Assembly: GCA_030018315.1 (NCBI GenBank)
Contig: JASEGA010000005.1
Location: forward strand, 8,351 to 72,350
Reading direction: 5' to 3'
Source of the DNA: a bacterium
GTDB lineage: Bacteria; Hydrothermota; UBA3073; JACQXS01; JAGMCI01
Length of the DNA stretch: 64,000 nucleotides
Part shown: positions 8,128 to 14,937 of the stretch, piece by piece
Position numbering within the stretch: the first letter of the stretch is position 1
How the letters are laid out: each line of letters starts with the position of its first letter
Notes under the pieces: model-generated
Databases searched by the model: none
What the model saw: the letters and a program-made list of their open reading frames with translations, nothing else
What the model was told of the DNA's origin: nothing
Translations under genes and position numbers: made by a program

Positions 8128-9279
8128 TTACTCTGAACATTCTGCTTTTCTCACAGTTTCTGCTATGACTTCTTCAATCCTTTTTTTCATATTGTCTACA
8201 TTAAAACATTTGTCTACTCTTTCTCTTCCTTTCTCACCCATTGATTTAGCCTTTTCCTTATCCATAAGTAAACTAATTACAGCTTCAGCAATCGGTTCTG
8301 TTTCCCCTGGTGGTACTAAAATTCCAGTTACTCCATTTTCGACAATCTCCGGTATAGCTCCATTGTTTGATGCTACCACCGGTTTACCAAGTGCTCCAGC
8401 CTCTATAAGAACACGTCCAAATGGTTCTGGTAGAATTGGTGTATGAACTAGTACATTTAATTTTGCTATATAAGGTAAGGCTGGAATTTTCTCGCCGATA
8501 AATTGTATTTTGTCGCTCATCCCTAATTTGTGAGAAAGTTCTTTAAGTTCTTCCAAATACTTGTAATCACCAAAAATTGGGCCTCCCACTATTATGAAAT
8601 TAGCCTCCTCGATTTTCTTACTTATTATATCAGCAGCTTTAATAAAATATTCTATCCCCTTCCATTTAGCGATTTGCCCCACATATCCAACTATAGGGAC
8701 CGCTGATTCACACCTTGTTTCTGTATAAGGCTCGACTCTTATCCCGGGGTAAACAACTTTAACCTTACTCCTCATTGGAAACTTTTCTGCTACTGCACGA
8801 GAGTCCGCTATTATTCGTGTAGAAAGTAAGTAAAGAATCCACAACCATATTTTTGTAATTATATTTCTTGGTAGTATATCTCTAAAATGGCAAATACTTG
8901 GTATCCTTGCAAGTCTTGCTGCAATAACTCCTATAATATGTGCTTTTTGAGTATTAGTGTATACAACACAAGGATTCTCTTTTCTCAACAGTTTAAAAAA
9001 CCGAAATATTAGAGTAGGTAGGTTATAAATATCTGATAATGAAAGTGGACTCTCCCTTTTTCTCATTATGATTCTCAAAGGCATAGGAAATGTTATGCAT
9101 TTTATTCCTACAGCTTCAAGTTGTGTTACCAAAATTGTCTTATTACTTGGGCTTACAAATACTGGTTTAAATTTAATTCTGCATATTATATCCTTTAAGC
9201 TATGTTCAGCTCCCCCAAATTGTGTAGAGTGGTCAAAAAATAAGACTTTACAGGATCGGTAGGTCCTTTTTGATTTCAT
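8128..9279 (-). CDS. glycosyltransferase family 4 (GT-B fold)
   Basis: N-terminal GGAEHS and C-terminal EPFGRVLIEAGALGKPVVASNNGAIPEIVENGVTGILV. The start overlaps the glnA end by 32 nt. Confidence 0.75.
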   Translation of the reverse strand: MKSKRTYRSCKVLFFDHSTQFGGAEHSLKDIICRIKFKPVFVSPSNKTILVTQLEAVGIKCITFPMPLRIIMRKRESPLSLSDIYNLPTLIFRFFKLLRKENPCVVYTNTQKAHIIGVIAARLARIPSICHFRDILPRNIITKIWLWILYLLSTRIIADSRAVAEKFPMRSKVKVVYPGIRVEPYTETRCESAVPIVGYVGQIAKWKGIEYFIKAADIISKKIEEANFIIVGGPIFGDYKYLEELKELSHKLGMSDKIQFIGEKIPALPYIAKLNVLVHTPILPEPFGRVLIEAGALGKPVVASNNGAIPEIVENGVTGILVPPGETEPIAEAVISLLMDKEKAKSMGEKGRERVDKCFNVDNMKKRIEEVIAETVRKAECSE

Positions 9280-10543
9280 ACTGAGTAACCTGAGCTCTAT
9301 ACTCTGTCCACACTCTTTCTTTGTTCTCTATAAGTGTCCAAAACACATGTTCACCCAGTGTCTTTTTCAGCAATTTAGACTTTCTAGCATGAGCAATTGC
9401 TTCACCCAGGCTCTCAGGGAGGCACTTAATTCCTTCCGTTTCTCTCTCTTTAACGGTCAAGTGATAAATATCTTTTTCAACTGGTGACGGCAATTTGTAT
9501 TTTTTTCGTATGCCTTCAACTCCTGCTTGCAGCATCACTGCGAAAGCCAAGTACGGATTACAAGCTGGGTCTGGTGCCCTATACTCCACTCTATCAGCTA
9601 TTTCTCTTCCTGGAGGATGTGCTGGTACTCTTACAAGTGTAGACCGATTCTTCTTTGCCCATGAGATATAGACTGGAGCCTCATACCCTGGCACCAATCG
9701 TTTATAAGAGTTTTCCCACTGGTTTGTAACGAGTGTTATTTCCTCTGCATGTTTGAGTAACCCTGCAATAAATTGGTCGCCAATTTTTGAATTCATAATA
9801 TTTTTGTTTCCCTTAAACAACGAAAGGTGTACATGCATCCCTGACCCTGTCACTCCAAATATTGGTTTTGGCATAAATGTAGCATAGACACCACTCCTTT
9901 GGGCTATTTCTTTAACTACGAGTTTATATGTCATTGTATAATCAGCCATTTTAAGTGCCTCTTGATATGCGAGGTCTATTTCATGCTGTGATGGGGCAAC
10001 TTCGTGATGCGATGCTTCCACAGAGATGCCTAACTCCTCGAGTGCTAAAATAGTTTGCATTCTTAGCTCATCGCCAATATCTGGAGGTGTAAGGTCAAAG
10101 TAACTCGAGAAATCAAGTGTTTGAGTCTCTGTTGATGCCTTGAAATAGAAGTATTCAAGTTCTGGTCCTACATAACAAGTAAACCCAAGTTTTTTAATTT
10201 CATCAAGATTCCTTTTAAGTATATATCTCGGGTCACCTTCATAAGGAGTTAAATCTGGCAGTAAAATATCACAAAACATCCTTGCCTCTCTTTGCTCTGG
10301 AGTGCTCCATGGCAGTATTCCAAATGTATTAGGGTCAGGCTTAGCTACCATATCAGACTCGTAAATCCTTGTAAAGCCCTCAATTGAGGAGCCATCAAAA
10401 CTTTTACCGTCCTCTAATGCACTATCAAGTTGTGTAACTGGTATGGTAACACTCTTTAAATTGCCTATTATATCAGTAAACCACAGTTGGATAAATTTTA
10501 TTTTCTTAGCCTGAGCAAGTTTTAAGATTTCTTTTTTATCCAT
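9248..10543 (-). CDS. glnA: glutamine synthetase, type I
   Basis: Motifs FDGSSIEGF, GSGMHVHLSLF, NSYKRLVPGYEAP and RVEYRAPDP. Confidence 0.9.
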   Translation of the reverse strand: MDKKEILKLAQAKKIKFIQLWFTDIIGNLKSVTIPVTQLDSALEDGKSFDGSSIEGFTRIYESDMVAKPDPNTFGILPWSTPEQREARMFCDILLPDLTPYEGDPRYILKRNLDEIKKLGFTCYVGPELEYFYFKASTETQTLDFSSYFDLTPPDIGDELRMQTILALEELGISVEASHHEVAPSQHEIDLAYQEALKMADYTMTYKLVVKEIAQRSGVYATFMPKPIFGVTGSGMHVHLSLFKGNKNIMNSKIGDQFIAGLLKHAEEITLVTNQWENSYKRLVPGYEAPVYISWAKKNRSTLVRVPAHPPGREIADRVEYRAPDPACNPYLAFAVMLQAGVEGIRKKYKLPSPVEKDIYHLTVKERETEGIKCLPESLGEAIAHARKSKLLKKTLGEHVFWTLIENKERVWTEYRAQVTQYEIKKDLPIL

Positions 10544-10583
10544 TATATAAATATAAACGAATTATACGAACAATGGTATTCAA

Positions 10584-10612
10584 ATTTTATTTTCTATTAT
10601 TCTCAATGTCAA
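10584..10612 (-). promoter_or_regulatory. sigma70-type promoter for glnA
   Basis: Minus strand reads TTGACA, 17-nt spacer, TAAAAT. The leader is about 35-40 nt with no obvious SD. It lies back-to-back with the HAD promoter. Confidence 0.5.
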
Positions 10613-10620
10613 GAAAAATC

Positions 10621-10648
10621 TTGACCTCGTTTGTTTTTATGTTATATT
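10621..10648 (+). promoter_or_regulatory. sigma70-type promoter for the HAD hydrolase gene
   Basis: TTGACC, 16-nt spacer, TATATT. The ATG at 10658 is 9 nt after the -10 box. Confidence 0.55.
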
Positions 10649-10657
10649 AAAGAACTA

Positions 10658-11392
10658 ATGATTAAGGGTGTATTTTTTGACTTTTGGGAGACTTTAGTTG
10701 TTTTTAATGGTGAATCTGCTCTAAATGAGATGCGACTCAAGAGGGTAGATGGGTTTAGGGATACATTACTCCATTATAACTATAATTTTAGCAAAGAAGC
10801 AGTTTGGAAAGCTCTTGAATCAGTTCGTTTATACTGTGGTGAGCTTCGTGAGAAGACCAATAAGGAATTCAGTTCTAAAGAAGTGATAAAGATGGTGCTA
10901 CAGAAACTAAGTGTTAAATTGACAGCTGAACTTTGCAATAAAATCTTAGAAATCTACTCAAATTCAATTTTATCAATGGATTTGACTCTACGAGCAAAAG
11001 TGGATAAGATATTAGCTATCCTTAAGCAAAAAGGACTCAAAATTGGTTTAATTTCAAACACTGAACATGGAGCAATTGAACGATATCTTCTTAAAAGATT
11101 TAATATTGGCCAATATTTTGACTCACTGACTTTTTCCTGTGATGTAGGAGTGAGAAAGCCGAGAGTTGAAATATTCAATGAAGCCCTAAAATCATTAAAC
11201 CTAACCCCTACTGAATCTGTCCATATCGGTGACTGGCCTGAGATAGATATTTTAGGTGCTAAGCGTGCCGGTTTAGGTACAATTTATTTAAAAGTAAAAG
11301 ATAGACCTTATTCAGAAGAGTTACCTTTACCCGACGCTGTAATAGAAGACATTGCTCAGGTTCCAATAGTTTTGGATAAAGTATTTATATGA
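10658..11392 (+). CDS. HAD superfamily hydrolase
   Basis: MIKGVFFDFWETL (motif I with the second Asp replaced), ISNT (motif II) and the GDW..DI.GA..AG motif III/IV region. I prefer the ATG at 10658 over the TTG at 10631 in the track, because of promoter geometry. Confidence 0.65.
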   Translation: MIKGVFFDFWETLVVFNGESALNEMRLKRVDGFRDTLLHYNYNFSKEAVWKALESVRLYCGELREKTNKEFSSKEVIKMVLQKLSVKLTAELCNKILEIYSNSILSMDLTLRAKVDKILAILKQKGLKIGLISNTEHGAIERYLLKRFNIGQYFDSLTFSCDVGVRKPRVEIFNEALKSLNLTPTESVHIGDWPEIDILGAKRAGLGTIYLKVKDRPYSEELPLPDAVIEDIAQVPIVLDKVFI

Positions 11393-11394
11393 AT

Positions 11395-11458
11395 AAATTT
11401 CAAAGTTCAAACTCCAAATGTCAAATGAATGCCAAAGCTCGAATACCAAATGAATAAG
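11395..11458. repeat. CAAAT-type oligo-repeat tract
   Basis: aaatttcaaagttcaaactccaaatgtcaaatgaatgccaaagctcgaataccaaatgaataag. The reverse strand contains TTGACA. The track ORF 11429.. reads through it as MPKLEYQMNKNKVG. Confidence 0.7.
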
Positions 11459-11470
11459 AATAAGGTGGGT

Positions 11471-11824
11471 ATGGAGTTTATTGTTGTATATACAACTTTT
11501 CCTCACCGTAGACATGCAAGGAGATTAGCTAAAAAATTGGTCAAAGAAAAGCTTGTCGCCTGTGCTAATATTTTTAAAATTGACTCTTTATACGAATGGA
11601 AAGGTAAGTTAGAGGAAACTCGTGAATACGGTATATTCTTGAAGACACGTGCCGACCTATACTCTTATGTAGAATCGCAAATAAGGGCTAATCATCCATA
11701 TGAACTGCCATGTGTAATTTCGTGGAAGCTTGATTATGGGTCTAAAGAGTTTCTAAACTGGATATCTAAAAATGCGTCTTATAAAGCATCCGATAGTAGA
11801 GTTCAAAAGAGGCAAAAAAGTTAA
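11471..11824 (+). CDS. cutA: divalent-cation tolerance protein CutA
   Basis: MEFIVVYTTFP...LAKKLVKEKLVACANI...YEWKGKLEE..E..IFLKT. An AAGGTGGG SD precedes the ATG at 11471. Confidence 0.8.
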   Translation: MEFIVVYTTFPHRRHARRLAKKLVKEKLVACANIFKIDSLYEWKGKLEETREYGIFLKTRADLYSYVESQIRANHPYELPCVISWKLDYGSKEFLNWISKNASYKASDSRVQKRQKS

Positions 11825-12068
11825 GTTTTATTTTGAAGCCAAAGAACTCGAAGCTTATGAAGGTGAGACTGTGGCTTCTGCTCTTATAGCCTCTGGAGTA
11901 AAGATATTTAGATACAGTAAACACTATAAACGACCATTAGGCTTCTTTTGTGCAATTGGTAAATGTTCAAGTTGTCTTATGGAGATTAATGGTGTTCCTA
12001 ATCAAATGACTTGTATGAGATTAGTAGAAGAAGGTATGAAAGTGAGACGGCAAGCAGATAAGAAATGA
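11772..12068 (+). CDS. small (2Fe-2S)-binding subunit (sarcosine-oxidase-alpha/HcnA/opine-oxidase type)
   Basis: 98 aa with GETVASALIASG and the Cys cluster FCAIGKCSSCLMEINGVPNQMTC. Confidence 0.6.
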   Translation: MRLIKHPIVEFKRGKKVKFYFEAKELEAYEGETVASALIASGVKIFRYSKHYKRPLGFFCAIGKCSSCLMEINGVPNQMTCMRLVEEGMKVRRQADKK

Positions 12069-12096
12069 CGAAAATCCGAATGACAAATGACGACGG
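12064..12096. repeat. ATGACGAA-type oligo-repeat tract
   Basis: aatgacgaaaatccgaatgacaaatgacgacgg, starting at the stop of the 2Fe-2S gene. Confidence 0.65.
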
Positions 12097-12245
12097 AATT
12101 AATTAAGAATTTTTGTATTAACAGGTAGATTTTAGTGATTATATTAGGACTGTAGGAGAGAATGATGAGAGGCATCGTAGAATTTCAACTAAAGAATTAG
12201 GAGGAATACCATGGCAAAAAAGACACAAAAAAGGAGGATAGAGTG

Positions 12246-12317
12246 ATGAAACTATTTCCCATTATTCTTTGTGCATTCTTTGTTGGCTGTGCTACACCTT
12301 TTACCAGAGAGACCTAA
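12246..12317 (+). pseudogene. isolated lipoprotein signal-peptide fragment (23 codons)
   Basis: MKLFPIILCAFFVGCATPFTRET*. It has a lipobox-like FVGC but no mature domain. Confidence 0.35.
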
Positions 12318-12498
12318 ATTAGATTGGATGAATGCCGAATTAACTAAAGTTGGTATTTATAATAAAAATGTGCAAAAGCAAGTTACTGCTTGGGCTGGAG
12401 TTAGAAATAGTGCAGCACACGGGAAGCCAAATGAGTTTACAAAAGCTCAAGTGAAAGATATGATTAGTGGGGTAGTTAATTTTAATGCCACTTATTAA
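12271..12498 (+). pseudogene. C-terminal fragment of a HEPN-like protein
   Basis: ...QVTAWAGVRNSAAHGKPNEF.. contains an R-x4-H motif (RNSAAH), as in HEPN RNase families. The N-terminal part of the ORF is out-of-frame read-through of the lipoprotein fragment, and no partner gene is present. Confidence 0.35.
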
Positions 12499-12542
12499 AA
12501 GTAGTATCGTCTCTATTTTGAGGCTCTTAAGGAATTAGATAA

Positions 12543-13107
12543 ATGAAAAGTTCTGACAAGCAGCGTAAGAGTATTCAGTTGAAGGGATACGATTATTCGC
12601 AATCTAGGGCATATTTTGTAACAGTTTGCATTCACAACAAAGAATGTTTATTAGGTAATATAGCGGATGGGCAAATGCAGCTTAATGAATATGGTCATAT
12701 AGTTGTAGAATGTTGGAACACTATTTCCGACCATTTTAACAATGTGCAATTAGATGGGTCTGTTATGATGCCGAACCATATTCATGGGATATTGATGATT
12801 GTGGATAATTGTAGGGACACACCATGCCATGTCTCTACAGGAGAACAATTTGGTAAGCCGACAAGAGGGTCCTTACCTACTATTATTCGGTCATTCAAAT
12901 CAGTTGTAACCAAACGAATTAATGAAATGAGAAATATATCCTGTATTCCAATATGGCAATCTAGATATTATGAACACATTATACGAAATGAAAAATCATT
13001 AAACAAGATTAGAGAATATATAATATATATTGAATAATCCATTGAAATGGGAATTGGATATAGAAAATCCATACAGAAAAAAGATTATAAAAGTTTCACT
13101 GATTATT
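12543..13107 (+). mobile_element. REP-associated/IS200-like Y1 tyrosine transposase (RAYT-type), C-terminus frameshifted
   Basis: Motifs YDYSQSRAYFVTVC, MPNHIHGILMI (HUH-type HxH) and WQSRYYEHIIRNEKSLNKIREYI. The ORF stops at 13037 inside a tatataatatatat tract. The expected family ending NNPLKWELD continues in the +1 frame (13030-13107). Confidence 0.8.
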
Positions 13108-13123
13108 TAAAGGAATAATTAAA

Positions 13124-14233
13124 ATGAAAACTGATATCCTTGTGATAGGGGGTGGTCCTGCTGGCTTATCTGCTGCTATAACTGCAAAAAGTTTAGGTAC
13201 TGATGTCATTGTAGTGGATGAGAACCCTAAAATAGGTGGTCAGCTGATAAAGCAGACACATAAGTTTTTTGGCTCAAAGCAACACTGGTGTGGTGTTAGG
13301 GGAATTGATATTGCTACAATACTTATGAGACTTGTAGAAGAAAGTGGGATAAAAGTGTTCCCCAATGCCTCTGCTATAGGGATTTATAATGAAAATGGCA
13401 AGAAAATTGTTGGAGTAGTACTGAACAATGCTCTTGTGCCTATAGAGGCGGATGGCATAATTGTAGCTACAGGGGCACAGGAGAATATGCTTAATTTTGT
13501 AAATAACGATTTACCTGGAGTCTATGGTGCAGGTGCAGTCCAGACACTTGTAAATGTCTACGGTGTCCCACCTGGTGAGAGAGTTTTGATGATAGGGTCA
13601 GGCAATATTGGGCTCATTGTGAGTTATCAGCTGATGCAAGCCGGAATCCAGGTGATAGGAATAGTAGAGGCTATGCCTTATATTGGTGGCTATTTGGTTC
13701 ATGCGTCAAAAGTCAGGCGGCTTGGTATCCCAATTTATACTTCACATACAATAAAGGAGGCGATTGGGACTGATGAAGTTGTTGGTGCAGTGATTGTAGA
13801 GTTAGATTCTGACTGGAATGAAATTGCGGGGACTGAAAAGAGATTGGACTGTGATGTAATCTGTCTTGCTGTCGGGTTGACTCCATCAGCTGAACTCTTG
13901 TGGCAAGCTGGTTGTGATATGGTCTACATTTCGGAATTAGGTGGCTATGTTCCTTGGCATAATAAAGAGCTACAGACGAGTATTCACAGAATTTATGTAG
14001 CTGGTGATACATCAGGTATAGAGGAGGCAGTCACTGCTATACTTGAGGGTCGTATTGCCGGTGCTGCTTGTGCATACGAAATAGCTGGAGTAAAAGAGGC
14101 TAAAGAAATTATAAAGCAAAATCTTCATGAATTAAGAGAGTTTAGAAAAGGACCATTTGGAGAGAAGGCGAGGGTGGAGAAAGAGAAATTGAAAATGACG
14201 AAATCCGAATGTCAAATGACAAACTTACTTTAA
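13124..14233 (+). CDS. FAD/NAD(P)-binding pyridine-nucleotide-disulfide-type oxidoreductase (partner of the 2Fe-2S subunit)
   Basis: GGGPAGLSAA and GSGNIGL dinucleotide folds, plus VAGDTSG. The last 13 codons (KMTKSECQMTNLL) are encoded by an oligo-repeat tract. Confidence 0.7.
   Translation: MKTDILVIGGGPAGLSAAITAKSLGTDVIVVDENPKIGGQLIKQTHKFFGSKQHWCGVRGIDIATILMRLVEESGIKVFPNASAIGIYNENGKKIVGVVLNNALVPIEADGIIVATGAQENMLNFVNNDLPGVYGAGAVQTLVNVYGVPPGERVLMIGSGNIGLIVSYQLMQAGIQVIGIVEAMPYIGGYLVHASKVRRLGIPIYTSHTIKEAIGTDEVVGAVIVELDSDWNEIAGTEKRLDCDVICLAVGLTPSAELLWQAGCDMVYISELGGYVPWHNKELQTSIHRIYVAGDTSGIEEAVTAILEGRIAGAACAYEIAGVKEAKEIIKQNLHELREFRKGPFGEKARVEKEKLKMTKSECQMTNLL
14191..14224. repeat. ATGACGAA-type oligo-repeat tract
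   Basis: gaaaatgacgaaatccgaatgtcaaatgacaaac. It forms the 3' end of the oxidoreductase ORF. Confidence 0.65.
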
Positions 14234-14746
14234 AACTTTGTCTGGTGGTAAGGATAGCTTACAAGCTTGTTCTGAGTTGGGTAAGTCCTCAAGTAATTCT
14301 TTAACTGTCTTTTTAAGTATAGGATGTATTAAGTCTGGTACTATCTCAGATAATGGCAGGAGTACAAATTTTCTTTGCTGTATGTGTGGGTGTGGGATTA
14401 TAAGGTTTGGGTCGTTTATAATGAGACTGTCATAAAATAATATATCTAAATCTATGGTTCGTGGTCCAAATCTTTTTGTTCTTTTTCTCTTGAGCTCAGT
14501 TTCAATTTGGGAGAGTTTATTTAGTAGTTTGTATGGTGATAGTTTGGTCTTTACTAAAACAACACAATTTAAGAACAGCGGCTGATTTTTCTCTCCTCCA
14601 CAGGATTCTGCGAACCACGGCTCTGTCTCCCATATAGAAGACATTTTTATTATCTCTCCCATTTGAGATAACTTTTTGATAGCTAATTTAATATTTGTAA
14701 GCCTATCCCCAAGATTAGAGCCTATTCCTAAATATACTGATGCCAT
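14225..14746 (-). CDS. folK: 2-amino-4-hydroxy-6-hydroxymethyldihydropteridine diphosphokinase
   Basis: Motifs GIGSNLGDR, SSIWETEPW, QPLFLNCV, GPRTIDLDILFY and IPHPHIQQRKFVLLPL. Confidence 0.85.
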   Translation of the reverse strand: MASVYLGIGSNLGDRLTNIKLAIKKLSQMGEIIKMSSIWETEPWFAESCGGEKNQPLFLNCVVLVKTKLSPYKLLNKLSQIETELKRKRTKRFGPRTIDLDILFYDSLIINDPNLIIPHPHIQQRKFVLLPLSEIVPDLIHPILKKTVKELLEDLPNSEQACKLSLPPDKVLK

Positions 14747-14752
14747 AGTATA

Positions 14753-14781
14753 ATTATATCAAATCAAAAATCAAATGTCAA
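14753..14781 (-). promoter_or_regulatory. consensus sigma70-type promoter for folK
   Basis: Minus strand reads TTGACA, 17-nt spacer, TATAAT. The -10 box ends 6 nt before the ATG at 14746. The spacer and -35 box are made of CAAAT-type repeat units (tcaaatcaaaaatcaaatgtcaa). Confidence 0.65.
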
Positions 14782-14832
14782 AAATATAACAGGAATTGGA
14801 GTAGAATTTAAGAGATAGAAAATAAGCCCTTT

Positions 14833-14866
14833 GATGAGATTCTTCGTTTTGCTCAGAATGACAGAG
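14833..14866 (+). repeat. GATTCTTC...CAGAATGACA hairpin motif (solo copy)
   Basis: gatgagattcttcgttttgctcagaatgacagag. The same module occurs inside both MITE copies, with variants at 43138 and 49934. Confidence 0.6.
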
Positions 14867-14901
14867 AAAAGGTATATGTGTTGTAGAGAATGAAAAATTG
14901 T

Positions 14902-14930
14902 TTGACAATAGATGTGTTACAATATATTAT
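14902..14930 (+). promoter_or_regulatory. consensus sigma70-type promoter for alaS
   Basis: TTGACA, 17-nt spacer, TATTAT. The ATG at 14938 is 7 nt after the -10 box, and there is no SD. Confidence 0.65.
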
Positions 14931-14937
14931 TTAGCTA

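Noticed and set aside
8045-8446. 133-aa plus-strand ORF starting in the CAAAT repeat tract
   Set aside because: It begins inside a non-coding repeat and then runs antisense to the glycosyltransferase gene, with a low-complexity translation.
11327-11515. 62-aa minus-strand ORF across the HAD/cutA spacer
   Set aside because: It is composed largely of the CAAAT repeat tract read in reverse, and it overlaps two supported genes.
12271-12498. An active HEPN toxin or HEPN-MNT toxin-antitoxin pair
   Set aside because: Only a short C-terminal fragment with the RNSAAH motif is present, fused to out-of-frame upstream sequence. There is no nucleotidyltransferase partner, so I treat it as a relic.
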